Shown here: positions 8,741 through 18,601 of the stretch, piece after piece
How the letters are laid out: each line of letters begins with the position of its first letter
Numbering within the stretch: position 1 is the stretch's first letter
NCBI GenBank assembly: GCA_963708025.1
Contig: CAVPSB010000049.1
Span: forward strand, 128,001 to 192,000
Length of the DNA stretch: 64,000 nucleotides
Reading direction: 5' to 3'
Origin: an uncultured Candidatus Rokubacteria bacterium
Lineage (GTDB): Bacteria; Methylomirabilota; Methylomirabilia; Rokubacteriales; DASRDR01
The notes under the pieces: model-generated
Databases searched by the model: none
Told to the model about the DNA's origin: nothing
What the model saw: the letters and a program-made list of their open reading frames with translations, nothing else
Made by a program: the position numbers and the translations under genes

Positions 8741-9990
8741 GGCGGCGCCGTCTGGCTCTCGCGGCTGGTCTCGCCCTCCTGCTGGCCGGCGCCGCCCTCA
8801 GCGCCGCGCAGCCCTTGGGCGTCCGCGAGCTGGCCGCCGAGGCGCCGGCGATCCTCCGGGACCTGGCCCGGCTCCGCGGTCTTCCCTCCGCCGGGCCGCC
8901 CCCGCGGGTCGTGATCCGCACGCGCGACGAGCGCCGACGGTTCATCCTGGGCGAGATGCGACGGAAGTACGCGGCGCCGCGGCTGGACGCCGAGCGGCGC
9001 GCGATGGTCGCCTGGGGCCTGATCCCGCCCGACTTCGATCTCGGCGGCTTCCTCACCGATCTCGTCCTCGAGCAGGCGGCCGCCTACTACGATCCGGTCG
9101 GCAAGGTGATGGTCCTGGCGAACTGGCTCCCCCGCGACGAGCAGCGAGGCGCCCTGACCCACGAGCTGGTGCACCTCCTTCAGGACCGGCAGATCGGCCT
9201 CGACCGCTTCCTGACCGCGGGGCCGGGCAAAGGGGACCAGGCGCTCGCCCGGCAGGCCCTCGTCGAGGGCGAGGCGGTCGCCCTCACCTTCGATCGCACG
9301 CTGCGGCGTCAGGGCGGCGACCTCGGCCAGCTCCCCGACGTCCTGGCCATGCAGCGCGCGATCCTCACCTCGGCCACCGGACCGGTCTTCGGCCGGGCGC
9401 CGCGGTTCCTCAAGCACCTGCTGACCTTCCCCTACGCCTACGGCCTCGGCTTCGTCCATCAGTTCCGCCGGCGTCACGGCTGGGCCGAGCTGTCGCGGCT
9501 CTACACCGATCCCCCGCGCTCCACGACCCAGATCCTGCATCCGGAGCGCTACCTCGACCGCCGGGAGGATCCCGTCGCAGTGGCGCTGCCGGACCTCGGC
9601 CCAGCGCTCGGCGGCGCCCGGCGCATCTTCGAGGACGAGGCGGGCGAGTTCGGGCTCCAGGGAATCCTCGCCGAGTTCCTTGGCGACGCGGCCTCGGCGG
9701 CCGGCTGGCGAGGCGACCGCTACGGCCTCTGGGAGGACGCGGGGGGCACGACGGTGCTGGTCGGCCTCTCCGCCTGGGAGAGCGACGCCGCCGCGGCCGC
9801 CTTCACCGACGCCTACGCGCGGCTCCTCGCGCGAAAGCACGGGCTCCCGACCGCGACGGACCCGCCCTGGCAGGCCGGCGGTCAGGCCTTCGGAGTGGAG
9901 CGGCGCGGGAGCGAGGTGCTGCTCTTCGAGCGCGTGCCGGCGGCGAAGCTCGACGCCGTCCGGCAAGCCGCCTGGCCGACCCGCCCCTGA
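8737..9990 (+). CDS. Exported HEXXH-motif protein (putative zinc metallopeptidase)
   Basis: Signal-peptide-like start; AAYYDP, THELVHLLQD, ALVEGEA, FPY..G..F, PP.ST.QILHPE, GWRGD; GTGA overlap with the upstream gene. Confidence 0.7.
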   Translation: MRRRRLALAAGLALLLAGAALSAAQPLGVRELAAEAPAILRDLARLRGLPSAGPPPRVVIRTRDERRRFILGEMRRKYAAPRLDAERRAMVAWGLIPPDFDLGGFLTDLVLEQAAAYYDPVGKVMVLANWLPRDEQRGALTHELVHLLQDRQIGLDRFLTAGPGKGDQALARQALVEGEAVALTFDRTLRRQGGDLGQLPDVLAMQRAILTSATGPVFGRAPRFLKHLLTFPYAYGLGFVHQFRRRHGWAELSRLYTDPPRSTTQILHPERYLDRREDPVAVALPDLGPALGGARRIFEDEAGEFGLQGILAEFLGDAASAAGWRGDRYGLWEDAGGTTVLVGLSAWESDAAAAAFTDAYARLLARKHGLPTATDPPWQAGGQAFGVERRGSEVLLFERVPAAKLDAVRQAAWPTRP

Positions 9991-10146
9991 CGGACGACCC
10001 TTTGTAACGCACGACCAGCTGACCCGCGGCCCAGAGGACGCCGTGAGCGCACGGAAGCGAGGCAACCGTGACCGACGGCGCCAAGCTGGAGTGCCTGGGA
10101 TGCAGCTGCCGACACCGGGCCCGCACGCCCGTGTATGATGAGCGCG

Positions 10147-10569
10147 ATGATTCGTGGAAACCCGCTGCCACCGGACATCTCTCGACGTCTGAGCACGCTT
10201 GGTGAGGCTCTCGCGGGCTGCCCGGTCGTCGTCTTCGCGTATCTCTTCGGCGGCGCGGCGGCTGGGCGCGTGACGCCTCTCAGCGACGTCAACGTGGCGG
10301 TGTACCTGGACCCGGCCGCGGATCTGGTCGCGGCGCGGTTGCAGGCGATCGACGCGGTGACCCGTCATCTCGCCACCGATGCCGTGGATCTGGTCGTCCT
10401 CAACTCCGCGCCCACCGCCCTGGTGGGACGTGTCCTGACGAGCCGGCAGGTGATCCTCGACCGCGATCCCTTCCTCCGCCACCGGTTCGAGTCTCTCGCG
10501 CTGCGAGAGTTCGCCGACTTTCGAGTCTTCGAGCACAGGCTCCTCGAGAGGCGGGGCCGGCGTGGTTGA
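10147..10569 (+). CDS. mntA: MNT-family nucleotidyltransferase antitoxin (degenerate motif)
   Basis: AYLFGG...SDVNVAV, VDLVVLN.AP; overlaps the HEPN gene. Confidence 0.8.
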   Translation: MIRGNPLPPDISRRLSTLGEALAGCPVVVFAYLFGGAAAGRVTPLSDVNVAVYLDPAADLVAARLQAIDAVTRHLATDAVDLVVLNSAPTALVGRVLTSRQVILDRDPFLRHRFESLALREFADFRVFEHRLLERRGRRG

Positions 10570-10975
10570 CCGGGACCTGCTCCTGCGCAAGCTGGCCGAC
10601 CTCGATCTCTACCTGAGTCAGGTCGCTGAGTACCGGGGGATCAGCCTCCAGGACTACCGCGGCGACTGGAAGACCCAGCGGATCGTCGAGCGGACGCTTC
10701 AGATGGCGATCGAGGTGTGTGCCGACGTCGCGAACCACGTCATCGCGGACCGCGGTCTACGAGTCCCGGCCACCTACTCGGAGGCCTTCGACGTCCTCGC
10801 CGAGGCGGGAATGCTCCCCGGGCCCGAGCGAGACACGATGGTGCGGATCGTCGGGTTCCGGAACGTGATCGTCCACGAGTACGCCCGCATCGACGCCGAG
10901 ATCGTCGTCCGGATCCTGCGTCAGCACATCGACGACCTGGCCCGCTTCGGCGCCACGGCGCGCGCCTGGGTCTAG
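10562..10975 (+). CDS. hepT: HEPN/DUF86 RNase toxin
   Basis: VERTLQMAIE..D, GFRNVIVHEY (RX4HXY) motif. Confidence 0.88.
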   Translation: MVDRDLLLRKLADLDLYLSQVAEYRGISLQDYRGDWKTQRIVERTLQMAIEVCADVANHVIADRGLRVPATYSEAFDVLAEAGMLPGPERDTMVRIVGFRNVIVHEYARIDAEIVVRILRQHIDDLARFGATARAWV

Positions 10976-11021
10976 GGGGCGCGCCGGGCGATCCGGGCGA
11001 GCCCGGCTGCATCGGCTCGGC

Positions 11022-11909
11022 CTACCGAACGCCGGCCAGGCTGAGGAGGATCATCCCCGCCAGCATCACGCCGGCGCCCAGCGAGATCTCGCGGACGCGC
11101 TGGCGCTCGCCGAAGACGAGGGCGCCGATCGCCAGCGCGAAGAGGATCTCCACCTGCTTCACCGCCTCGACGTAGCTCGAGAGCGTCAGCGTGTAGGCGA
11201 TGGTCTGGCAGACCGTCGTGAGCGCCGCGAAGAGCCCCAGGCCGACGAAGGCCTTCCAGTTGGCCGGGATCTGCCGGAAGTGTCGGCCCGAGGTGTGGAG
11301 GACGAGCGGGGTGACCACGAGGCTGGCCGCCAGGTAGCAGCCGAGGCTTCCGGTGTAGGGGTCCGACAGGAGCGCGGCCTGCTTGATGGTCAGGACGGAG
11401 GGGGCGTAGAAGACGGCGGCCACCAGCGTCCAGCGCTGGCCGGGGTCGGCCACCAGGGCGATCAGGGGCGCCAGCGGGGACAGGCGCGCGCGCCGGACGT
11501 TGAGCAGGTAGACGCCGGCCGTGCTGAGGAGGACCCCGGCGAGGCCGAGGAGGCTCGGCCGCTCGCGGAGGGTGAAGTAGCCCATCACCAGGAGCACGAT
11601 GAGGCTCACCTTCCAGAGCGCGGTGACGATGGAGATGTCGCCGAGCTTGAGGGCTTTCGACAGGGCGAGCGTCGCGATCGCCTGGCAGACGCCGAAGGCC
11701 AGGCAGGCCACGACGAAGCCGGGCTGGGGGTGGGGCCAGCCCCGGACGCGCCAGACGAACCACCAGGCCATGGCCAGCGTGAACGGGAGCAGGAACGTGA
11801 AGCGGCCCCAGACGTTGATGTACTCGTCGAGCCGGTGGCCGAGCTGCTTCATGGTCATGTTCCGGAGCACCTGAAAGAAGGCGGAGGCCAGGGCCAGAGC
11901 GAACCACAT
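11022..11909 (-). CDS. EamA/DMT-family transporter
   Basis: Multi-pass hydrophobic protein with two EamA-like halves. Confidence 0.8.
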   Translation of the reverse strand: MWFALALASAFFQVLRNMTMKQLGHRLDEYINVWGRFTFLLPFTLAMAWWFVWRVRGWPHPQPGFVVACLAFGVCQAIATLALSKALKLGDISIVTALWKVSLIVLLVMGYFTLRERPSLLGLAGVLLSTAGVYLLNVRRARLSPLAPLIALVADPGQRWTLVAAVFYAPSVLTIKQAALLSDPYTGSLGCYLAASLVVTPLVLHTSGRHFRQIPANWKAFVGLGLFAALTTVCQTIAYTLTLSSYVEAVKQVEILFALAIGALVFGERQRVREISLGAGVMLAGMILLSLAGVR

Positions 11910-11963
11910 GCGGCGGATTCTAGCACCCGCGCGCGATTCCGACCGGCGGGCGCCTGGAGAAGG

Positions 11964-13040
11964 TTACGCGCCGGCCAGGCGGCGGGCTCGGGCCGTCCAG
12001 ATGCGACCGTCGAGCCAGTAGTGGCAGAGGAGGCCGCCCACCAGGAAGGGGGTCAGCCACGGAAGCTCCGAGAGCTTGCACGCCGCCCAGCCGGCGAGCC
12101 CGAGGGTCGGCCAGATCGCGAAGGAGGCGAGCAGGCGAAGCTCGGCGCCGAGGCCCCCGAGCCGGGCGCCGGCGGAGCGCCGGGCCATGGCGTAGGTGAA
12201 GTAGAGGTACTGGACCTCGTGGTGGAGGACCAGCACCAGGATGAACGACACGGTCCCGGCCCCCAGCACGTAGGCGCTCCCGAAGGCGACGGCGTTCGCC
12301 ACCACGAGCCACCGCTCGCCCGGATGCACCCGCCCGCGGCGTCCCGCCGTGCACGCCAGGTAGGCGGTGACGCTCACCACGGCCAGGCTGCCGAGCGCCC
12401 AGAGGACCCCGGGCTCGAGCGACAGGCCGAGATACTCCTCGCCCTCGTGGAGCGGTGAGGTGCTGGTGAAGAAGGCCACGGCGGCGGCCATCGGCAGGTA
12501 GATGGCGGCGCGGAAGAGCGACCGGTGCCAGGACGACACCGGGCCGCCGACGCGCGCCTGGTAGTAGCGCGCGATCCCCAGGTTCTGACGCCCGCGGTGC
12601 CAGGCGGCCAGGTACACGATCGCGGTCGTGACCAGGATCGGGTAGCCGCCGAGCATCAGAGCGTACGTGGCGGCCATGATGCCGACCGGGACCCCCACCA
12701 CGTCGAGGGGCATGCGCCGCCACAGCCGGCCTCGGGCGACGGCATCGTAAGTGGCACCGAGGTGGAGCTCGGACAGCAGCAGGTCGGCCGCATCCAGCTC
12801 CCGAGCGCCGTGCCAGTGGAGCACCAGGGCCAGGCCCGCCAGGAGCACGCCCCCGCCGCCGCAGGCCAGCCAGAAGTCGCCGGTCCTGGACAGGAGCCAC
12901 TCCCCCGGCGCCGGGCGGCGGTCGCGCCACCCCGAGACGGCCGGGAGGGCAACCGCGCCGCCCGGCCGCGCCAGGGCCATCACGTCCCGGTCGGCACCGC
13001 CGGGGATCGGCCAGCGAGGCTCGGAGCCCGGGTAGAGCAT
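11964..13040 (-). CDS. Hypothetical integral membrane protein with His-containing motifs
   Basis: About 8-10 TM segments; H.GATY, WH..RQN.G, HHEVQY, HYWLDG.IW. Start uncertain. Confidence 0.65.
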   Translation of the reverse strand: MLYPGSEPRWPIPGGADRDVMALARPGGAVALPAVSGWRDRRPAPGEWLLSRTGDFWLACGGGGVLLAGLALVLHWHGARELDAADLLLSELHLGATYDAVARGRLWRRMPLDVVGVPVGIMAATYALMLGGYPILVTTAIVYLAAWHRGRQNLGIARYYQARVGGPVSSWHRSLFRAAIYLPMAAAVAFFTSTSPLHEGEEYLGLSLEPGVLWALGSLAVVSVTAYLACTAGRRGRVHPGERWLVVANAVAFGSAYVLGAGTVSFILVLVLHHEVQYLYFTYAMARRSAGARLGGLGAELRLLASFAIWPTLGLAGWAACKLSELPWLTPFLVGGLLCHYWLDGRIWTARARRLAGA

Positions 13041-13055
13041 CTCCGGTCTCTCCGG

Positions 13056-13445
13056 CTACCGAGCGGGCAACGCGCCTTCGGGCCCGAGGCGCCGGCCGGC
13101 GGCCGGCATACTCTCCAGGACATCGCGGGCCGTCCAGGTGCCGAACACGCTCAAGAGCACGGAGACCAGTCCCGTCCACCCCGTCTGGTGGCTGGCTCCC
13201 ACGCCGGCCCCGTTGTCACCGTGGAAGTACTCGTAGAACAGGAGGCAGTCCCGCCAGTGGGGATCGGCCTGGAACCGGGTCGTCCCCCCGTAGACGGGCC
13301 AGGCGGTGCCATGCGGGCTGTAGTCCTCGCGAACCGTCCCCCACTGGCGCTCGCTGAGATACGGCCCCCAGCGGCGCCACGCGACACCCTGCTCGCGGGC
13401 CTCACGGAGCCGAGCGTGCTCCACCGTCTCTCCGTTCGTCGACAC
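13056..13445 (-). pseudogene. GH63/MGH1-like glucosidase remnant (N- and C-termini fused in frame)
   Basis: N-terminal [21 protein letters not shown] joined directly to C-terminal [25 protein letters not shown]. Confidence 0.85.
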
Positions 13446-13594
13446 TCCGGGCACCTCGCTTCGTCGGCCCCACCGGACGACCCCGACCCCGGGCACCATC
13501 GCCCGGCCGGCGCGTCCGCGAGATGGCCGGAGCGTAGCGTGCCCCGGGCGGGCTCCGCAAGAGGCGCCGGGGCCCGATGCTATACTGACCCGCG

Positions 13595-13957
13595 ATGCCG
13601 AGCGCACCGTCCGGGAAGCTCGAGCGGGTGCCGAACCGACACCCCGACCGCGACTACGAGGTGGACCTGGCGGTCCCCGAGTTCACCTGCGTGTGCCCGC
13701 TGACCGGCCAGCCCGACTTCGCCACGTTCCGCATCCGCTACGTCCCCGACCAGTGGCTCGTCGAGCTCAAGTCGCTCAAGCTCTACATGTGGGCGTACCG
13801 GAACGAGGGCGCCTTCCACGAGGACGTGACCAACCGGGTCCTGAACGACCTGGTCGAGACCGTCGCGCCCCGCCGGATGGAGGTCGTCGGCGACTGGAGC
13901 GTGCGGGGCGGCATCAAGACGGTCGTGACCGCCCGCCACGAGAAGCCGCCGGCCTGA
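13595..13957 (+). CDS. queF: preQ0 reductase (type I QueF)
   Basis: [32 protein letters not shown]. Confidence 0.95.
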   Translation: MPSAPSGKLERVPNRHPDRDYEVDLAVPEFTCVCPLTGQPDFATFRIRYVPDQWLVELKSLKLYMWAYRNEGAFHEDVTNRVLNDLVETVAPRRMEVVGDWSVRGGIKTVVTARHEKPPA

Positions 13958-13966
13958 CGCCGCGCC

Positions 13967-15259
13967 CTACGCGGCAGGCGGGAGGACGCCGGGGAAGGCT
14001 TCGGGGCGGAGGCGGTAGCCGGGGAAGAGGGCCGCCGTCCACGGGATGCCGAGGTGGCGGACGGCGACCTCGGCGAACAGGTCGCGGAAGTCCGTGGTGA
14101 GGGCGAGGTCGCGCCCCTCGAAGAGCTGCTCGGGCGCCAGCCCGGGCCAGCGCCCGTAGACCTTCCCGCCCCGCACGCGCCCGCCGAGGACGAGCATCAC
14201 GCTCGCGTGGCCGTGGTCGGTGCCGGCGTTCCCGTTCTCCCGCACCGTGCGGCCGAACTCGGTCATGGTCAGGACCACGACCTCGGCCCGCCGCTCGCCG
14301 AGGTCCTGCCAGAGCGCGGCGAGCCCCTGGGCCAGCTCGTCGAGCCGATTCGCGAGCAGCCCCCGGGCCCCGCCCTCGGCGACGTGGTGGTCCCAGCCGC
14401 CGATCTCGAGGAACGCCACCTCGAGGCCGACGTCGGCCTTGACGAGCTGGGCCGTCTGGCGAAGCGCGTCGCCGAAGCGACCCTTCGGGTAGACCGCGCC
14501 GTGCTCGGGCGGCCGCGCAGTGGGCCGGGCCGCTCGCAGCCGCTTGACGGCGTCGAAGGTCGCCTGCCCCGTCCCGCCCAGGAAGTCCTGCACCGCCTGG
14601 CGGTAGAGGGACTCGAACCCCTGCCGGACGTCGGGGGGCGAGCCGCGGAGATCGAAGGCCTCGAGCGCGGGCAGCGCCAGGGCGGTCGCCGGGCCCTGGA
14701 GCGATCGCGGCAGGATCGGCGCCAGCGCGACGCCGCGGAACACGGAGCTCTCCGCGGGGACGGGCCCGTGCTGGAGGCAGCGGTTCAACCAGCCGTCGGC
14801 CGTGGACTTGACCCCGGGCGTTCCGGCCTCCATGAAGTCCTGCGCGTCGAAGTGCGAGCGGGTCGTGTCGGGCGAGCCGACCGCGTGGACGCACGCCAGC
14901 TCCTTCCGGTCCCAGAGAGGACGCACCGGCGCCAGGCTCGGGTGGAGCCCGAAGAAGCCGTCGAGGTCGAGGGCCCGGTCCCCGGCGGCCCCCGCCGGCT
15001 CCGGGATCCCGATCCGCGGGCGGGCCCGGGCGTAGTCGGGGTCGCCGTGCGGGATCACGATGTTCAGCCCGTCGGCGGCGCCGCGCTGGAAGATCGCGAC
15101 GAGGACCCGCCGCTGGCGCTCGGGCGGCGCCGCCGCCGCCGTCCGCAGGAGGAAGCGGGGCGGGAGCCCACCAAGCCCGCCAGTCCCGCCAAGCCCGCCA
15201 AGCCCGAAAGTCACGAGCGCCACCGCTCCCTGCTTGGCGAACTCGCGCCGGGTCAGCAT
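13967..15259 (-). CDS. DUF1501-family protein with Tat signal
   Basis: TRREF signal; FQRGAADGLN, RSHFDAQ, GGWDHH, TEFGRT..ENG..GTDHG, TTDFR. Confidence 0.88.
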   Translation of the reverse strand: MLTRREFAKQGAVALVTFGLGGLGGTGGLGGLPPRFLLRTAAAAPPERQRRVLVAIFQRGAADGLNIVIPHGDPDYARARPRIGIPEPAGAAGDRALDLDGFFGLHPSLAPVRPLWDRKELACVHAVGSPDTTRSHFDAQDFMEAGTPGVKSTADGWLNRCLQHGPVPAESSVFRGVALAPILPRSLQGPATALALPALEAFDLRGSPPDVRQGFESLYRQAVQDFLGGTGQATFDAVKRLRAARPTARPPEHGAVYPKGRFGDALRQTAQLVKADVGLEVAFLEIGGWDHHVAEGGARGLLANRLDELAQGLAALWQDLGERRAEVVVLTMTEFGRTVRENGNAGTDHGHASVMLVLGGRVRGGKVYGRWPGLAPEQLFEGRDLALTTDFRDLFAEVAVRHLGIPWTAALFPGYRLRPEAFPGVLPPAA

Positions 15260-15261
15260 GG

Positions 15262-16887
15262 CTACCGCCGCTGGAACTCGGGAGAGCCCAGCACCAGCGC
15301 CGCGATCTTCGCCACGTCGGGCGCGGTCACCGGATCGTCGAGCGTGGCCCGCATGACCGCCGGCTGGGCCAGCGCCTCCTGGATCACGGCGCGGCTCTCG
15401 GCGGAGAGGTCGCCACCCAGCAGTCGCTCGATCAGCCGGTCGGCGATCCCCGCGGCGTCGCCGCCGCCCGCGAAGAGCGGCGCCAGGTTGACCGAGGTGC
15501 CGGGGAGCCGGTCGGCGGCCAGGGCCCGGGCGAAGTTCAGGCGCGCCAGGAGGCCGCCGGGGCTCGTCCAGACCTCGGCCCGATCCGCGTAGCCGGTCGG
15601 CGCCTGGGCCCCGTAGAGCGGCTGGCCCATGCCCGCCAGCGCGCGCTGGACGGGCGGGCCCCCGTCGGTCTCCGCGCCGACGGCGCGGAGCGCGCTCACC
15701 GCGAACTCGAGCGGGGTCTTGATCTTGGCCCGGTAGGCCGCCGCCGAGAAGAACTCGGGGGAGAGCACGATCGTCCGCACGACGGCCATGATGTCGCCGT
15801 CGCTCTCCCGGAAGACGGCGGCGGCGCGCTCGACGAGGGCCGGCGGCGGCTGGTCCGCCACGAACCGGCGGGCGAGCTTGGTGGCGATGAACCGGGCCGT
15901 CGACGGGTGGCGCGCCACCAGGTCCAGGACGCGCTCCCCCTCCTCGCGCCCGCCGCCCGCCGGGAAGGTCCGGCCCAGGATGGTCTTCGCCCCGCGATCG
16001 TGGGCCCGGGGGGCGAACACGAAACCGCCGCCCGACCGCGGGTGGCCGGGCCGGGGGTGGTCGATGGTCCACCCGGTGAAGGCTCGCGCCACCGCCACCA
16101 CGTCGGCCTCCGTGTACCCGCCATCCACGCCGAGCGTGTGGAGCTCCAGCAGCTCACGCGCGTAGTTCTCGTTGAGGCCGGCCCGCCGCTCCCCGAGCAT
16201 CAGGTCGGGCGCCGTCGAGAGCCACGCGTCCAGGTAGTAGAGCATGGCGGGATGGTGCGCCACCGCGCCGAGGAGGTCCCGGAACCGGCCGAGGGCGTGC
16301 GGGCGGATGGCCGCGCGCTCGTACTCCGGCAGGTAGTAGCGGACCGTCCCCTTCCCCGCGAACACGTTGAAGTGGTTGAACCAGAAGTCGGTCAGGACCT
16401 CGAGGAGCTGGCGCTCGCTGTAGACGGCGCGCAAGAGACGCGCCCGCCCCAGCTCGCCCAGCATCGCCTGGGGGCTCTGCTCCGGCCGCAGCTCCATGCC
16501 CTGGCGCTTGGTCTCCTGCGGCAGCGGATAGGCGTCCATGAGGGCCCGCGGGCTCATCGCCGGCACGCGGAGCGCGGCCACCCGCGCCTCGGCTGCCGGG
16601 TCGTCCAGCCCCGCCGGGTGGAGCTGGGCCTCGACCCACGCCGCGACCCCCACGCGACGCACCGCCTCGGCGTCCCCGGGCCGGGGGCCGTACCCGAGGC
16701 GGCCCAGCACGTGCACGATCTGCTGCGTCTCGGACAGCGGGGAGGCCGGCAGGGCGTCGGGCGGGCGAGCCGGCGCCGGCCCGGGGGCGGCCGGCGTGGA
16801 GACGCCGGGGGTCGGGCCCGGCGGGGCGGCGGTGCACCCCGAGAGGGCGACGAGCAGCGCGAGGGAAAGCCACGAGCGCGCGCGCAT
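15262..16887 (-). CDS. DUF1800-family lipoprotein
   Basis: LSGC lipobox; FWFNHFNV, PAMLYYLD, NENYARELLELHTLG, FTGW, SPEFQ; paired with the DUF1501 gene. Confidence 0.88.
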   Translation of the reverse strand: MRARSWLSLALLVALSGCTAAPPGPTPGVSTPAAPGPAPARPPDALPASPLSETQQIVHVLGRLGYGPRPGDAEAVRRVGVAAWVEAQLHPAGLDDPAAEARVAALRVPAMSPRALMDAYPLPQETKRQGMELRPEQSPQAMLGELGRARLLRAVYSERQLLEVLTDFWFNHFNVFAGKGTVRYYLPEYERAAIRPHALGRFRDLLGAVAHHPAMLYYLDAWLSTAPDLMLGERRAGLNENYARELLELHTLGVDGGYTEADVVAVARAFTGWTIDHPRPGHPRSGGGFVFAPRAHDRGAKTILGRTFPAGGGREEGERVLDLVARHPSTARFIATKLARRFVADQPPPALVERAAAVFRESDGDIMAVVRTIVLSPEFFSAAAYRAKIKTPLEFAVSALRAVGAETDGGPPVQRALAGMGQPLYGAQAPTGYADRAEVWTSPGGLLARLNFARALAADRLPGTSVNLAPLFAGGGDAAGIADRLIERLLGGDLSAESRAVIQEALAQPAVMRATLDDPVTAPDVAKIAALVLGSPEFQRR

Positions 16888-16957
16888 CGCGTCCTTGGAC
16901 GCCCGCCGCCGGTCCAGCATTTCCCGGGGGCCCTGGCCGATCAGCAGGCCCCGGTCA

Positions 16958-17128
16958 CGTCAGGGCCCGTGAGCAAATGCCGGTGGGTCCGATTCGCACC
17001 GCCGATCGGCTTCTCGCAACGCTCAGGCTCCGGCCACGCGGCCATGGCGTTCCGCTTCGCGCCGCGGCTTCGCCGCGGCCTCCGCGGGGGGGCATCGGGG
17101 GGGTCTTCCGAGACCCCTCCGAAGATCT
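16958..17128 (-). repeat. Repeat family C, full ~170-bp copy directly after the clpS stop
   Basis: Aligns by eye over ~160 bp with the reverse complement of 23667-23825 (ATCGGCTTCTCGCAAC...TGGCGTTCCGCT...TTCGCCGCGGCCTCCGCGGG...GTCTTCCGAG). Confidence 0.85.
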
Positions 17129-17428
17129 TCAGGCTTCCGTCACCGTGACCTGGAGCCCGATCTCGGCCAGGATCCGCGCCACCCGCTCGCACTCCGGGCG
17201 GGGACCTACCCGGACCGCGGCCTTGCCCTCGTTGTGGACCCGCCACGCGATGGCCATGCCCTCGTCGTGGGAGCAGCCGATCGCCTTCACGCACTGCGAG
17301 GCGACCTGCTCGAAGGTGTGGCAGTCGCAGTTCCAGAGGAGCGTGATCCAGGGCGGGGGCACCGCCGTCTGCTGGTCGGTCTCCTCCACCACCACCGGGC
17401 GGGTCACCGTCCGCTCCGGCACGGTCAC
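17129..17428 (-). CDS. clpS: ATP-dependent Clp protease adaptor ClpS
   Basis: LLWNCDCHTFEQV...AWRVHNEGKAAV; GTGA overlap with the upstream dehydrogenase. Confidence 0.8.
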   Translation of the reverse strand: MTVPERTVTRPVVVEETDQQTAVPPPWITLLWNCDCHTFEQVASQCVKAIGCSHDEGMAIAWRVHNEGKAAVRVGPRPECERVARILAEIGLQVTVTEA

Positions 17429-18453
17429 CCGCCGGCCCCTCCGGGAAAGACCGCCACCTTGATCGCCTCCGGTCGCCGGTGAGTCTCGAGCGCTTCCTCG
17501 ATGGCCTCCAGGGGAAAGCGATGCGTGAGGAGCGGGGTCACGTCGACGGCACCCCGGGCCAGCAGCGCGAGCGCCTCGGCGAACTCTCCCTGGTAGATCA
17601 TCGAGCCCCGGACGTCGATCTCGCGGCGAACGAGCCAGAAGACCTCGACCCGGGCCGGCTCGTGCGGGAGCCCGGTCAACACGACCCGGCCGCCCGGCCG
17701 GACGAATCCCACCGCGCCCAGCGTGAACTCGACGGCCGCCGCCGTCCCCGCGGTCTCGACGACCAGGTCGACGCCGTCCCGGCCCGACAGCGCGCGGGCG
17801 GCGGCCACCGCGTCGCCGGCCCCGAGCGCCACCGTCGCTTCCGCCCCCAGGGCGCGGGCCAGGGACAGCCGGCGGTCGCTCCGGCTGACGACGAGGACCC
17901 GGCAGCCCCGCGACCTGAGAACCTGGAGGGCGAGCAGCCCGAGGGTGCCGGCGCCGACGACCGCCGCGGTCTCGCCGGCCCGCGGGGCCGCCCGTCCAAC
18001 CGCGCGGACGACGACGGCCAGCGGCTCGGTGAGGAGCAGGCGGTCCTCGTCCAGACCGGCCGGCGCCGGCCAGCAGGCGCGCTCGGGGAGCGCGACCAGC
18101 TCGGCGAAGCCGCCGTCGCGGTCGATGCCGACGGCCGTCCGCTGGAGGCACACGTTCCCCTGCCCGTCCCGGCAGAGATCGCAGCTCCCGCACCCCCAGT
18201 TCGGCTCCACCGCGACCCGGTCGCCGGCCCGGATGCCACGAACGCCCGCCCCCACCCCGACCACCTCGCCGACGAACTCGTGGCCCGGCGTCAGTGGGTA
18301 CCGGACCGCTCGGTCGCCGGTCCAGATGCGGAAGTCGGTGCCGCAGATCCCCGCCGCGCTCACGCGCACCAGGGCCTCGCCCGGCCCGGGAGCCGGCGGC
18401 TCGACCTGCTCGACGCGGAGCGTCCGTGGCGCGCGCAGGACCGCGGCCCTCAT
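17425..18453 (-). CDS. Zn-dependent alcohol/sugar-alcohol dehydrogenase
   Basis: GICGTD, GHEFVG, C..C..C.......C structural zinc site, GAGTLG. Confidence 0.9.
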   Translation of the reverse strand: MRAAVLRAPRTLRVEQVEPPAPGPGEALVRVSAAGICGTDFRIWTGDRAVRYPLTPGHEFVGEVVGVGAGVRGIRAGDRVAVEPNWGCGSCDLCRDGQGNVCLQRTAVGIDRDGGFAELVALPERACWPAPAGLDEDRLLLTEPLAVVVRAVGRAAPRAGETAAVVGAGTLGLLALQVLRSRGCRVLVVSRSDRRLSLARALGAEATVALGAGDAVAAARALSGRDGVDLVVETAGTAAAVEFTLGAVGFVRPGGRVVLTGLPHEPARVEVFWLVRREIDVRGSMIYQGEFAEALALLARGAVDVTPLLTHRFPLEAIEEALETHRRPEAIKVAVFPGGAGG

Positions 18454-18462
18454 GGTGTCGGG

Positions 18463-18601
18463 CTCACTTTCGGGACCTCCCGCCTACCCGATCCTTCGAC
18501 GGCCTTCGGCCTTTGGCCCCCGTCCCCCACCCGTTGGACGGCCTTCGGCCTGTGGCGGGGGGGAGGGGGGTCGGAGGGACCGATCGCTTCACACGCTCTC
18601 A
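18463..18601 (-). repeat. Repeat family A copy with two nested GACGGCCTTCGGCC modules
   Basis: CTCACTTTCGGGACCTCCCGCCTACCC ... CTTCACACGCT-CTCA; the terminal TCA is the stop of the upstream SDR gene. Confidence 0.88.

Noticed and set aside
15165-15205. Short CCAAGCCCG repeats in the DUF1501 gene
   Set aside because: They encode a Gly/Leu-rich stretch (GLGGLGGTGGLGGL) in the Tat signal region; a simple coding microrepeat.
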